A DNA stretch of 64,000 bases from Utricularia gibba. Lineage: Eukaryota; Plantae; Magnoliophyta. The position numbers and the translations under genes were made by a program. Below are positions 22,561-37,341 of the stretch, piece after piece. The notes beneath the pieces are model-generated. The model saw only the letters and a program-made list of their open reading frames with translations. It was not told the DNA's origin and searched no databases. The stretch covers positions 1,178,001 through 1,242,000 of the forward strand of contig NEEC01000014.1 of the NCBI GenBank assembly GCA_002189035.1, in the 5' to 3' direction. Within the stretch, counting starts at the first letter, position 1. Each line of letters starts with the position of its first letter.

Positions 22561-25500
22561 TCACGTGGAAACCAGGTTCATCTCGTGGGGTCGAAGAGCC
22601 CCTTGAACTATTTCTTGCACTGACCTGTTGCGTCTGCACACTTCTGATAATTCTTCGATGGGATTGAGGAGACCGTTCATGGCTGAGCCAGAGGCTATGT
22701 CTGATAACGCTTGCAAGAATCTGGTGGTTTCAGCCACTGTGGCTGCATTGGGTGGAATCAGGGAAACACTGTCCTTGGCCCACTCCAGCGCTTGTGCACC
22801 ATAGGCCCGAGTCAGGGCTAGGAGGGTATAAGTTACCTTTGGGATCAAATGAAGGAAAGGGGTGATTAAGAATCAAAATTCGCACGCATCAGGTGATGAG
22901 GATTTCAGATATTACTGTTTCTAGTCGGGAGCTTGGGAGAGCACCGGTGAGAGCAGCAATGAGAATTCGGGTGATGGCAGGGCCTCTGGGGATGATTACA
23001 CTGTCCCGGATCGACACATAGATCTTTCCTTGGGATGAGTTGCTGGCGTCGAAAACATCTGATAAGAAGCTCATTATGGACTTGGAGGCTTCCCTGCAGA
23101 TTAACAAAGTAATGTAACAACGGCCAAGCATACCACCATGCAAATAACAATGGCAAGTAATTCACAGAAACTAGTACCGCTCCGTATGATCATTTGCATG
23201 GTAATTATGTAGAGCAGTGAAAAGGAGCAGTGAGAACTTCATTTAGTAAACCAGACACACGTTGCAGCCAAATGGGGTAATAAATCAAGAAGCAGGCTAC
23301 TGATCCATGAGGAAATATTGATTGTATGTCCATCAGTTAGGAAAGTTGAAGCAAACAGATGTCCTGAATGAGTGATGTAATCTATGCAGCCGTAATCAGT
23401 TGCACAAGAGAATAAACCACTTGTTATATATCATGCATATTACGACGATGCAAGCACAGCAGGGAAAAGTGGGCACCTGTGTTGTACCGTGACGCCTATC
23501 ATCGAACAATCTACCAATGAAGGAAAGACCGAAGACTGAAAAAACAAATGAGGACAATAACGTATACACCTTGATGCCAACAAGAAACAGTCATCTGCCA
23601 AGTCAGGGCGGGATGTGAAATCCTGCAAAGAGTCATTGATTTTAAGTTGCAGCAGCAGGTAAAATCTCAAGAATAATATTTGGAGGTGTTTAACGCTGAA
23701 TGACCTGAAAATTTGTAAGCAAAATTGTTGTGTGGTAGAACAGCGACTCCAGAAGGATCCTCAAATAGTTTGCACAGACGGGATCTGATCCAAAGATCTG
23801 ACAGAGTGAGGAAAAAGAAACACGATTAGGATACATGAGCACCAAAAACTACTAGGTGACATCAAATTAAAGGAGATGGCAACCTTGACTACTTCGCTGG
23901 AAAGATACAAGAAACATGGCTGCGGATGCTGCCTGTACAAACCCTGTATCTCCTCTAGCATTACACCGACTGCGACTGCCATTAGAGTTTTGGAGGTCCT
24001 TACCTAGAAATGCAAGAGTAATAATCAGGAAAAATTAAATAAAACGAGTAGGAAGCCTGTGGACAAAAAATGTCACCGCAGAAAGCTTGTAGATAATGAT
24101 CTGAACAATTTAATACTCATAGAGGTGAATTTATAATATTTTACTCTCATCAACAATACAGTTAGACAAGCTAGAAACTGTGCAAGACCGAAACTCTTAG
24201 ACAATGATGAACTTACAGCATTTTTACATGCACGACAAAGAGATTCCATGGTACGCGTGTCCCATGCACGACTGCAACAGAAAACAGCAGCTTGACCTTC
24301 CACTGTTCAAATGTCAAAAAAAAAAAAAAACTGGCACTAACATGTCAAATATTGCCTTGAAGACTGGCCAAAGTTTTTGAACTGCATCTGCAACAGCTTC
24401 TGGATGATTCACATGTCTGGATGGTAGCACAAATACCTCATCATTGGTGGAAAAAAGAACAGAAAACAGATGCTCGCAAGTGTACACCTAAATATATTTG
24501 CTAGCCGATCGATATGCACTGTAAGCTCGCGGGCTGGTTTTTGGCCCAGCACAGCAGGGCCCTGTCTAATTATCTCCTGCAAATTTTTTAACCAAGCTAA
24601 TAATCCACCATATAGTATACGAAAACTTAACAAATATAATATAAACCTGTAAGGAAGCCACAGAAGGCATGCATAATGCCTCTAGTGCTTTCTTGGCATG
24701 CTCAGAAGGAAGTTCAGTGACAATCATGCTGTTGAAACAAATTCTAAAATAAGTCACTTACAAAATACGGTTATAAGCTTCCTAATTTAGGCCTACCTTA
24801 GGGCTTCAACAAGATGCAATGATTCTTCGGGAGACACCTTTAGAGGACCATCCCTGTGACTGCTCTTTGATATATCTGGAAGAGTCCGTCTAAGGACATG
24901 CACAGCTTTTTCTTGCAATCTACGGTAAGAGTATGCGGGAAAACATCTTAGAAAGAATTTCTGTTGATCAAGCACAAATGCAGCCAACATGGTTACAGTG
25001 GAAAAGGTTAAAGATGTTGATATGAATATAAAAAGGTTTCACAATGTTAAGCTCCAGCTAGTGGAAAAATGAAGTGGCAGCCAAGAAAATGCCAAAAAAA
25101 AATGCAATACCAGTGAAGAAATTGAAAACGAAGTCACACATGAAATTAGAGGCTCGCCCTTTGGGGAGTGAAAAAAACAAACTGATCGTGAAAGGACTTT
25201 ACCATCACAGATATGCCGAAATGCTAATGCAGCAGCTGCTGCTGTTTCTTCAAAACTCATCCCATGGACAAGAATATCTACGAATTGGGGCAAGAATGAA
25301 AGACCATTGGGTGCAGCATCAAGCCACTTTGAATAAGCTCCAATTGTTAAGCACACTAGTGTGAAGGCAGAAAAGAAAATGAAATCTCAGCACAGTATAT
25401 AAGAAACAAAATCATCAAGCGAATCACAGCATTGAAGTGTTAGTGAGTCATGGAAGCAATCACCTGTCTGCTGAAGCTGTGGCTGATGAGGGAGCTTTGG

Positions 25501-28500
25501 AAGCAAAGACATGATCTGATCAAAAGAACAGAAGTGAGGGTAAACATGGGAAGGATAGAGCCAGTCTTTAGGAATTAGAGTTAAATACAAACAGTTATCC
25601 GAAAATATAAGATAAGTAGACCAAATGTACTCTTCCCAAAAAACAACACTTAAACCTGAGGCATAACTTCTTCCTCGTCAATAGACACGTAATCTGATAT
25701 GGCTCGAATGCTGTACAAAGCAGCTTCAGCGGGGCGCCAATCAGTAAGATAATTTTCCTGGCTGCGAAAAACCTTGGAAATTGTGCAAAAAATTTCAATA
25801 AATATTTTAGCAAGAAAGCAAAAGTTCTTAGAGAGTGAAAATTAATACATTAACACACCTCAACAAGCTTCATGAAAAGAATCTTCAATGTAGCATCACC
25901 ACCTAAAACTAAAGCTGCATCAATAAGAACATCTGCAACAGCTGCCAAAATAAGAAAGTTTCATCAGTACTCGCAGTCTTGGCATCTGATGCAGGAATTA
26001 GTTGCTACAAGATAATACAAAGGATTTGCACAACGGACGTCGAAGAGACTATTCAACAAAGGGGAAAATCAAACGCACATTGTTGTCATACAAAAAATAC
26101 TTTTGACGAACTGGGAAATTTGATGAACAAACAAACAACTGGTTTTCTTTCAGTGCAAACACCAATGAGAATACAAAACCAGAATCAAGCAATACAAATT
26201 TTTGAAACAAGAGAGAGCTATTTGCGGCCAGAGAAAGGATGAATTCATAATCTATAAAAACATATATGCTCATATCCAGAATGAAAATAATAAAGCCATT
26301 TTTCTTTTGATACTATGACCTAATTGGTTTCATTATTTTTTCTTATAACCAATGGGATAAGCATGAAACTGGAGCATCCTTTCTGAAATGAAGTGGCATA
26401 GTACCGTATCTCATCTGCTTGAAATCCTTCTGGTCCTCTCTTGAAAGATCTGAGTAGCCCTTTGGATATTCCACCTTGACGCTAACCTGAGAAGAAAACT
26501 CATTCACTAAATTAACTAATTTATACAGTCAAAACCCTGCTGCTATAAACTTCAAGAACAGATGAAGACCTACCAACATAACAAGTGTTTCATATGATGG
26601 TCTGAAGACATTTAATCTACGTGTTCGCTCAGCTTCTTCAGATGCATCAGCACCATGTGCTACATCAGAATCCCTGATTTCTCAGAAATGTCAAACTTTT
26701 TCATGAAGAAGTTTTAAAATCAAAAGAGTTCTACCTCTCAATCAACATGATCTGAAGACTATGCCAGAAATTAAATGTCATTGATGCGATATCAAATTCT
26801 GGATGCAAAGCAACTTCAAGCAATGCTTGCACAATCATGACTGACTCATCAGAACCTGATAGTAAAGTGCACAACATAAGACGCCACTGGCAACATGATA
26901 GGAAGAATTCCATAGAACAAACTAAATTGTTTGGCGAGTGACTTCAGCTTCAGAACCTTCATCAGGGTTTTGTCCCGATGAAATGCAGGAATTAATGCTC
27001 CATATACAAATATGGATAGAAGGAACCACAAAATAAGGAAATGCTTTTAGAAACAAGATTTTCAACAGAAATCATCTTCAATATCAACACTTGCAAAGTG
27101 GTGAGAAAAGCAACTTTTGCAATTTCCGAAAATTATCAGGAGTCTAAGCAGTAGAATAAGTACGAAGAAGCATTTTCAATGAAAAAGATACGTGAAGAGG
27201 ATAACAGCAAATCCTTGATCTAGCTAGTAAAAATCAAACATACATTTTTTTATAAAATATGAAGATAAAAGGAACTCACAGCATAAAATATTTCAGCACA
27301 TGAAGGAGGCATACCGGTTGCAATCAATTCCACATATGCATCAGCCATGTCTGCGAATAAGCGAGCAATTGCTTTTACATCCTCCTCATCCTGAATTAAA
27401 GATAATACACATTTTGCAAATAAATCACAGAATTTCTCATACTTGTCCTTAACATTATGCTAACATGTGATAAATGAAGAAATGCAAAAGCATTCAATTG
27501 AATGGTGAGAATCATATCCAATACTGAAAAGTCGAAACTAGGAGCACTGAATTACATTATTCTGAAAGGAAAAAAATTTAGCTGCCAACTGAAATATCAC
27601 CTTTGAAGTATCTCTTAGGTAAGGTTTCAAACTCATAATGCGAGGGACGATTACTTGAATCAGGGGCATCTGGGAAGAAATTCTATCTGTGCCTCTAACC
27701 GCAGAATAATGTATTAGTTCGGAAATAACTGCAGACAAGAAAAGAACAGGTCAATGTATGATAGAAAGGTAGCAGCTTCGAAAACACGTGAGTGAGGAAC
27801 TTTTCTATGTTGATGCAGAGACAAACCACAATGCAGAGGTCGTTCCATCACTACCCTAGTATGGGTCAAAACAGAAATAGAAAGATTCGAATGCAAATGC
27901 AAAAGAAAACAATCAGCTGAAATTCCTTCTGAATGCATATAAAGGAACATTATTTTGCATTCCCACGAACCATTAACAGCTGCCTCAGAGAGTATATCAA
28001 GGTTCAAGCTGGAGAAAGCTCTAAGCACTAATGGATGCGAAGCAAGCACTTCAGCAGACATCCTGAAACAAGCAGATAAAAAGGCAAAATGTGGTAACAA
28101 TCAGAAGAGATAGCTTAAGGAGATAAGAAGACAAAAAGGTTCATAAGATTAGTACCTATGTCTTAGGCGTAGCCAGGAGGCGAATGCTTCAAGAACCTGC
28201 CAAACTTTTAAATCTAAAAAGCGAGACCAAAATGGATTTTACTCAAAATGTGGCTAATCGCTATCTTTTTTGCAAACAATAAATTTTTTCAGGTTCATCA
28301 CGGGATTTGGCAAATAAGATGCAGAAAAGAATCCTTGTTTGGAAGGCTGAAGTTGCCTCAACACTTGAATAAAACATGTGAAACTCCACTATTGAAGAGA
28401 ATCTCAAGTTTCTCGCAGCTAGGTGAGGCACTCATGAGTTCAGCTGATATGGTGACTATGCATCCCTTCAGCCTATGAAACTTTGGCATATAGAAGAATT

Positions 28501-30847
28501 ATATACCTCTGATTTTATTGAATCACATGACCCATGAAGCATGGCACAGACAAGCTTTACATAGGTACATAAATTTCAGCAATTATTTTTAATGTATTCA
28601 TCATACCACTTTCAAACCCTCACCAAGGTCATATAGAAGCTTCCTTCGTAAAGTAACAGGAAATATATGCTGGAACATAAAAAAATTGCGTAATAACAGC
28701 ACAAACCTGCTCCACCACCCCATTAATGTTCAAGCAAGCAGTTAATATGTTAGTAGCAATCTCCATTCCTGAAGCAAGTTCATTTTCAAATGTGCGCCGC
28801 CTGTCAGGGCGGATAGCTATTTTGTAGTTGAAGACTTCCTGCATTTGGTGGAATGGAGTGGAAATGTTGTGAATCAGTACAAGTAATGATCATCCCATAA
28901 AGAATTCTAAGTTTTTTATCCACTACGTTTGGTCGGAAACAGTGTACTCGAAGGCTAATCTAAAATATGTAATAGCTCATGCACACATCTGGAGACATTA
29001 TATTGAATGGCTATCAATATGATTATAAGGCTCTTATCATAAAAATACGAGAATCTTGCTAACGGAAATTGATTTATCTTGAAACCAAGGATAAGCGTCA
29101 AACTTAAATACAACAAAAGATGCGAAAACAAACATGGAACGGTACTAGTCATGATATAGAAGGATTTCAAATTATAATTGGTGAAATATTCCAAAATGTA
29201 CACAATATGTACCCATCTACAAAATCATGGAAGCTCATAATGCACAGGCCAGAAGTTCCCTAGGACAACTTTCCACATTGAAGCTAAAATGGTAGTCAAA
29301 AGGGAACCGCATGATAAATTTCAACATACCTCAGGCAAGACTTGCAGGAGTTCCAAAAAGCTCGATATAAATTCAGGATGCGAATTCATCTCATCTCTTA
29401 TCCATCCCACAATCCCTTCATCTCCCCAGTTTTCTTCGTGTACATGGGCCGCTAGTGCAGCCACAGCAAGGCTAATCTATAGATGCAGCTTTCAGCATTC
29501 TAGTATATGCATTTATCAATAATGCATTAACAATGACCGCTTACCTGAGTTCTGACTTTCGGAGGTCCCTTGTAAAATGACTTTAGTAAAGCCTGAATAA
29601 TGAACAAATTCATAATTTCAAGCAGGACACATTTGGGCAATCTTTCATTTCTCCTTTGTTTACTATTTCCAGATTTTCTTAAGCAGTTCAGTTACAAGTA
29701 AAAATCAGGAATGTCCAATCCTTGAATGTTGCAGTTCTTTAAAAGTTTATCACTATTCTTAAATTTAGATAAAAATAAACTCCATTTCGACATCCAATCA
29801 GAGAATGATGATCAAGATTTCACAAGGGTACCAGTCCTTACAATCAAAGAAACTCGCAAAGGCCCGAATGCTTCTGAAGGTAGTTCCTCAAAATCACGCT
29901 GCACCTAATAACAGAAAATAAAGTTCAATAACTCAATGGAATGGATACAAAGACAGAAGCAGGAGTGAGATCATCGGCAAGGGCCATAGTAAGCACATTT
30001 CAATATACCTTGCTCCGGAGAGTCTGAGAACAGAATATCAATGTTTCAATATTGCTGGAAGCATCGCGAAGCAAATTATCTGCCACCTAACAAGAAAGAA
30101 GTACAGCAATTATAAACCACGAAAATATGTCTTCTGCCTGGAGTTTCTACACAGACGTAAAATAAAGCAATCATGAGGAGCCTGAGAAGTTACATGAATA
30201 GACTAACAATAACGTCTTCTAGACAAAAATTCTTAACGTTCAAACCCATAGCTTGAATTCATGTTACTAAATGAACAAAAAATTTCATCCAAAAGCACAT
30301 GCTTGATTTAAATCATAACGACTGGACATCATCGAGATGTATGTAAAACTTTATAAGCCAAAGAAAGACACGAACAAATCCGTCCAGGATGTATCAGGCA
30401 TTATGCTGTTTGATGAGTAAAACTTAGATCCTCTCAGCGGTGGCACCCACCCATAACACCAACAAATATCTCGAAAGCAAACCCGCCCCATAATTCAAGT
30501 TTTCGCCTTTGTTACGAATCCTTGCACAGTGAAGAAGAATTCCAATCCACCAACTCAAAAACACCGGTACAACTAAACTACGAATCAGACACACAGGGAA
30601 CTCCCCCAAAGGCCATATCAACAGAAATCAGAACACTTTGAACCCAAATTCACCACCACCGAAAACTCAAGCCCGCAAGCAAGAATCAGGATCCCAAAAA
30701 CCAAGACACTGCAAGCATAATCACCTGCCAAGCATCAATCGTCCGCTGGAAGTCCTGAAGCCAGCGATCGGCCTGCATCCTCACGGCATCGTCTGGGTGA
30801 TGGTATAGCGCGTTTAGGGCTTCCTTAACCGTGTTCTGTAGCTCCAT
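22561..30847 (-). CDS. MOS14: Transportin-SR / importin-beta MOS14 (TNPO3), 27 exons; 1-nt frameshift at 24852-24854
   Basis: Starts MELQNTVKEALNALYHHPDDAVRMQADRWLQDFQRTIDAWQ. I traced the exons in order (e.g. VQRDFEELP, DEEDVKAIARLFADM, WRPAEAALYSIRAIS, RPDLADDCFLLASRCIRYCP). All junctions are in frame apart from the shift inside exon 18. Confidence 0.95.
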
Positions 30848-31641
30848 GTTCGAGCCGCAGTTACTTCGAAGCACCCGCAGATAAATCTAAAATTGTACTT
30901 CACACAAATCTACTAGAAGAGAAAGCTCAGAGCAAAAAGGTGTAGCATAAAGCGATTTCCACATCAAACTATCAATGTGTCAAAAAACTACTGGGGATTT
31001 CTTTCTCCAAAAAAACTACTGGGAACTTTTTTTTTTAATTCCAGTGATAATGATCTTGGACTCCACTCTACACACCAAAACTTGGCCCATTCTCCATTAG
31101 CATACTCAGACGGTGGCTAAAATGAGAAGGGAAAGGAAAACGAGAACAGACACCGAAAAGAAAATGGACAGAAGAAGGCGCCACGCACGATATCGGGAAC
31201 AAAAACGCAGACGGAAACCTTCTAGAAGCTCCCCTGGTTCCTTTTTCGGATATACAATGAATAAATTCTTCACCATAAAATGATCCAAAAGCTTGGAAGA
31301 CTTTCATACCAAGAAAAGTAAATAAATAATATTCTAATAAACAAAAAAAAAAGAATGATATAAATATTTCCATTTTTATTTTATATTTAAATTTGAAAAT
31401 AAATCCTACAAAATCCAATTTAAATTATTACAAAATCTGTCTGAAATGAATTAATTACAATAATTATTCATTATATAATAAAATATAATTATATAAGGTA
31501 TTAATTCAATTTATTATAACTAATTTTTTATATATAAGGTGATCAATTTTATCATACAACTAAGTTGGTCAATTTCTAATTGTGAGAAATAGTCGGGTTC
31601 GGAACGTGGGTCGGACCGGGAATCCGGGTTTGGTATGACTT

Positions 31642-33952
31642 CTATTTAGTAAGTGGAGCCTTGTGGACAAATCTACCAGCGCATATAACAAAAAAGAGCA
31701 ACAAGTTCAGGGTCTCCATGGCGGCGATGAGGTAGAAGAAGTATTCCAGTCTTCCGTGGTTGAGATCGTCCGGCAGCCACTTCGTCGTCGAATTCACCGC
31801 CGTTACGAGGACACTGTTCAAGTAGCTGGCTAATCCATAGCCGCAGCAGAAGAGAGACATGGCCACGCTCTTCATATTCTCCGGGAACTGCTTGTACAGA
31901 AACTCCAATACTCCGATCACATAAAACGCCTCCGACAATCCGGCGAGAGCCAGTTGCGGTATCAGCCAGTTAGCCGACATGGCGGAGATGCCTCCCTTAT
32001 GGGGGACGACCCCGAGTAACGGCCGTGTCAGCGCAATTTCTCGGCGACGATTCTCCACCACTGCCGATACCACCATCGTCAAAACGGCCAACACCAGTCC
32101 GGTTCCCATTCGTTGATTCAGTGTGAGGCCCTGTTCTTTTCCGGTGATTCGCCGGAGTAGGGGGACGAGGAGAAGATCGTAGATCGGGAGCCATAAGGTG
32201 ATGGTGAGCCAGGCAAAGGCAGTGAATGCGCCTGGAGGGATTTTGAAGCCGCTGGATCCGAAACGCCGATCGCATTGAACAGATTGTAGCACTGTATACG
32301 TTTGCATTTGAGTTAAGACGATGAAGTATATAACCTCCGGGATCCACATCGGGAGTGCTCTGATCACGCACTTCAGCTGCTCAACTTGTTGCACGCTTCG
32401 GAGTCTCCACGGCTCTGCCGCCGATCCATCGGCGGCAAATCGGTCGTCGGGCACCACGATCGCAGCTTTGTTCAAGCACCTCCCCATCATTAGTTCCACA
32501 GAGGAAATCAGCTGAGTGCCCACAACTTATCTTTGCAGTATAAACCAAATAAGTACTCACCTGAGCTTCTGTGTAAAAGCAAGCTGAACGTTGATCGAGT
32601 CCTTGGGAATGTGGTTGAACAAGGAGCTACATGGCTGCGGAGGAAGCTCCAGCTTCCACTTCTTCACCGCAGCAACCAGCGTTTGGACCATGCTCGTGAA
32701 GGGACTCCCCTCCGGCAGAACCTTGACGTAAATCCTGGTCCCGGCGAAGAAAAACAGACAGCCCAACAGCATCAACGCGGTCGGAATCCCGAACCCAAGA
32801 GTCCAACTCACGTTGCTTTGAACATAAACGACCACCGTAACAGACACCAGCATGCCGAAGGTGTAGGTCAAGTAATACCAAGTGAAGAAGCTATTGATCC
32901 CCCTTTTCCCTTCACTTGTTTTCGGATTGAACTGATCGACTCCGAAGGCCAGGTTGCATGGCCGGATTCCGCTTGCGCCGATCACGAGGAGACCCAATCC
33001 GGAGTACAGCAGCGCGAGCTGCCCCGACGAGACCCCGGCGCATATTTCCCCCCGGCAAGGAGGAGGACGCAAGCTTGCGAATGCTGATGTCATGGTTAGA
33101 GTCAACATGCCCTATACATAAATAAAAAAAAAAAAAAAAAACAGCTTCGATTTACAATAATGTTGAATAATACCTAAATAATCAAATTCTTTTATAATAT
33201 ATTCCCCTTCAAAAAACCATTTCTAACTAACTTTAAATCAGAATTATGTAAATTCTTAAAAAAAAAAAATTTCTAAATTTTTTATTTCTTTAAAACAGAC
33301 TTAGCTCGTATTTGTCACATATGTCAAATATAAATGATAAATAATCAATTTCATAAATGTTTTTAAATACTCTTCAGCATAATCACTCGACAAAGTATAA
33401 TTTATAATCTATCAATAAATACGAATACGAAAAATCAATGTTTTTCATACACTAAATTGGCATGAATACATAATTAATCCATTATATACTTTAGAAAATT
33501 GTATATAATAAACTTTTTTTCTCAAATTTTATAAGTATAATTAAACATATCTAGTTTTTGGTGATTGATGGCTTACCAGAAAGGAGGCGATGCAAGTGAC
33601 CCCAATGACCTTGTAGCGACCAAGGTACGTGTCCGCAAGAAAGGCACCGATCAAGGTCCCAAAATTGCACGTTCCAGTGAAAACATTGACGATCTTGATG
33701 GCCCCGATGGATGTCATATTGAACATGGTGATTAGATATATGATGAGATTAACCGTGATTCCGAGCGATCCGAGCCTCTCGAAGGTCTCGTTTCCTAGTG
33801 AAAGATAGATCGAAAACAAAACATAAGAACAAAAACCGAATAATTCGTTTCGGTTTTGAATCAAAACCTATGAGAAAAGGCATCGCTTTGAATCCTCTGT
33901 AGTGTGGCTGCTTCTCCATTCTTGCTGCTCCAAGAGGTGGAGATTGCATCAT
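31642..33952 (-). CDS. NRT1/PTR family transporter, NPF2.x (GTR/NPF2.9-2.11-like), 4 exons
   Basis: GFKAMPFLIG|NETFERLG (ExxER motif), GAFLADTYLGRY, GIRPCNLAFGVDQF, WSVQQVE-like WRLRSVQQVEQLK, QFPENMKS and LNHGRLEYFFYL. Confidence 0.93.
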
Positions 33953-35701
33953 GATTTCAAAGCCTTTAAAAAGAGACACACTACTAGCGCACCCTCCTCT
34001 TGACCTAACTAACCTCTTTGTTAATTTTCCCACTTTCACATTTGTGTGTATTTACTCTGATTAACTCTAACCAATCTTTTACATACATTAAGTTAAAAAT
34101 TTAATACTGTGGGTGACCACTTTTCTCCCATAGTAAAAATTCAGGTTAGATTTCTAAATCAACGGCTGCAAAATGGGGTAGAAGTGAAGTTAAAATAATT
34201 TCTTGTCCCACAAATAGTATATTTTGAATAAATTCTGATTTTATAAATAATTTGATATTAAATACGAATGATATCTATCTAAAAATATAAATATATATTT
34301 TTTATTTTTAAGAAATTATAGAGATTCAAATTTTATTTTAATAGAATCATTTTTTAAAAAAAGTGTTTTCGAAAAACATAATCTTTCTTTTAAAAACCAT
34401 AATTGAATTGTGAACTATTTATCAATGTGGTTAAATTAAATTTAAATTGTTTTAAAATAGAAAAAATGAGTCAATATTCAAATATGATTTAATTACAATT
34501 ACAATGAACATAACTAAATAATGAGAAGAAGAAGCACAAGTCAATTTGATTTTAAAGCTAAGGGTAGCAATTTGAATGCACTCTCTTAAGCCAATGGTTC
34601 ATCATGGAGGTAGCATGACCACATGTCTCAACTTGAGCATTTTTTTGATAACCTTCCCACTCCTAACTTCTAATAACATTAACATTTCATAACCTAAGTG
34701 TCTATTAAGAAAAATTACGTATTTTTTTCGTCGTAGACCATATTTTTTGTGAGTTTATTGTAAGAAGAATCTGATGATCATAATGAGATTGTATTTTTCA
34801 CCATTTTTTGAATATTTCTGAATTTTTAACAAATTGGTCATGTACATAAGTCAAAAGTACATTAAAGCTGTCTTTTAAATTTGGATGGTATTTTTATAAT
34901 ATAATATATAAATTATAGTTATTTTCATCAATTAAATTTGAGCTTGATTTAACATAAAAATTAAAATTGAATATCTATTTATAAATATAGTTTTTTTAAA
35001 ATTTAAAAACATTTATTATTATTTAAAAAAAGTTAATCAAATAATATATTTATGACCGTTAAATTGCATTTTCTTCAATTATTTTTGTAAAAAAATTAAT
35101 AAAAAATGATAAAGAGGTAAATCTCATTCGGAAAATATATTTCAATGATATTTTTTTTTTCAATGGTAATATAATAATATTATTTTATGGAGTGGTTAAA
35201 ATAAAATGCCCTTTTCAGGTTCAGATGCTCCCTTCAATCAGGGCGACTTCTTGAGCGAGGCGAAAAGGTAAGATCTCCGAGCCATCTCGTCTCTTGTTTC
35301 TTTATCCGGTTTTGTAGCTTATTCGATTGGTTGATTGCGGTATATCTTTGGACTTGGTTTAAGATTCTGATACGGACGGGTTAAACACCTTCAATTTCGT
35401 TTTTTTTCTTTCCAGTTATTGCTGTATGGGATGGGTCTTTTTTGATGAGTACGTAATTGGATTAATATGCGTACTTTCTAGTGTAAAATGGTGTTGTGTG
35501 CAATTTTATGGGTCTTAGTTATGAGCTCATGGGCTGCCCATTTTTCCAGCTTTTTAGTAATTCATTTGGTTGAATTATTTGATGCTGATCGTAGCATTTT
35601 GAAAATCAATCTTGGGGAAAGAAAGTGTGTTTTTTTTTCAGTTTCTGATGTTTGACAGTCGTTATTTGTGATAATTATGGTAGTAATATCTGGGACTGAA
35701 G

Positions 35702-36977
35702 ATGTCGACTCCGGCAAGGAAGCGACTGATGAGGGACTTCAAGAGATTGCAGCAGGATCCTCCTGCTGGTATTAGTGGAGCTCCTCAGGACAACAATATC
35801 ATGCTGTGGAATGCCGTTATATTTGGGTAGGTGCTATTATTTGAAAAGTGTACATTTCGGGCATTAATTTGTTACAAACTATGCATTTCACATTCTAGTT
35901 GGATGACCTGTTTTATGACTTCTTTCTTGTATGGATTGCAGTCCTGATGATACACCATGGGATGGAGGTGAGTGACTTTTGTTCTTGAAGCTGTGTCTTA
36001 TGTGTCATCAACTTTTTTTCTTAATGTTTATTCATTTCTGATTGTATGGGCTCCATACATGGTACCGTGTGAGCTTTATGATATACACAGGTCATCTTCG
36101 GGACTTTTTTTGGAGCTATTTTTGGGCTTGAAACTGAATTTGGTTAACTTTTGGCATCACTTGACTGAAATGTTTTTTCGGGTTCACATTGCTGGGGTCA
36201 ATAATTTTGTGAACCAAATGTCACATTCATAGTCGTTTCTCATGCTAAATTTGTTGCGCTCAAACGTTTTTCCACTTAATGTGGTATTTTTTGCGTGATA
36301 ACAGGAACGTTCAAGTTGACTCTTCAGTTTACAGAAGACTACCCCAACAAGCCACCAACAGTTAGATTTGTTTCTCGAATGTTTCATCCCAATAGTGAGA
36401 CTCTGCTAAGACAGCATTTTTCTACATGCTAGTTTTAAGCCAGAGCTAGCTTCTAACCCACTTTCTTTCATAGTTTATGCGGATGGCAGCATCTGCTTGG
36501 ACATTCTTCAAAATCAATGGAGCCCAATATATGATGTTGCAGCCATACTCACATCCATCCAGGTACTACAATAGTGTTGCCCGGATACCTCTCTTATGTA
36601 TAACTATTATCAACCTTGTTTAGTTTGGGAGTTCTTGATGAGGTAAAGGAATAGTGTTATTACTGAATGGTCTGTAGATGTTCACTCATCGCTACTGAAG
36701 TACTTTTCATGCATGATCAACCCCTAAAACGTGTAGGCTGATGTTTACAACTTATCTCCCTGTTACCTTACCTGATCTCTGAATAGATATGTTTCTACCC
36801 TGGATTGTCTATCTAAAACTCTAACGCGACCCTGTCGCATTGTTGCAGTCGTTGCTTTGTGACCCAAATCCCAACTCCCCAGCAAACTCTGAAGCTGCCC
36901 GGATCTTCAGTGAGAATAAGCGAGAATACAACAGACGCGTCCGGGAGATCGTGGAGCAAAGCTGGACTGCTGATTAA
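35702..36977 (+). CDS. UBC2: Ubiquitin-conjugating enzyme E2, RAD6/UBC1/UBC2 type; exons 35702-35826, 35942-35967, 36305-36394, 36474-36562, 36849-36977, 152 aa
   Basis: The spliced CDS is 459 nt: [23 protein letters not shown]...[25 protein letters not shown]...SWTAD. A probable 5'UTR intron begins near 35268. Confidence 0.97.
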
Positions 36978-37298
36978 ATCACTTCTCTCCCGTCGGGATG
37001 ATGGCCCTCAATCCAGCTCCGCCATCAATCACACCCCATGTTCCATTCAAGTCTTCAGCGCCTTGTGTGAACAAACTTATCTCTGCGATCCGCTATGTAA
37101 ATCACTCTCTCCCTCTCTCGTCTGTTGTGTGTTTTGAGTTCTAGTTATCAACTCTGGGAGACGTGATTGGGGTTGGTGCTTGGTGTACCCTTCATTTGCT
37201 GTTATGGATTTCATGAATGTTATCTACGTGCTTTAGCTGTATGCTGCCTGCAGCACTGGTTTTCACAACACACTAGCAGCGTGTTCTTGGGACGGGAT

Positions 37299-37341
37299 TG
37301 GGCCATAACACGCTAGGCCCAAATTTATTTTGGGTTGGGCC
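37299..37341. promoter_or_regulatory. Three site II elements upstream of SDH5
   Basis: TGGGCC at 37299, GGCCCA at 37316 and TGGGCC at 37336. Site II motifs are established in promoters of nuclear genes for mitochondrial respiratory subunits. Confidence 0.65.

Noticed and set aside
31590-31632. CGGGT/CCGGG-rich stretch, and a similar one at ~50940-51070, resembling hAT subterminal repeats
   Set aside because: No terminal inverted repeats, target-site duplication or transposase remnant could be found.
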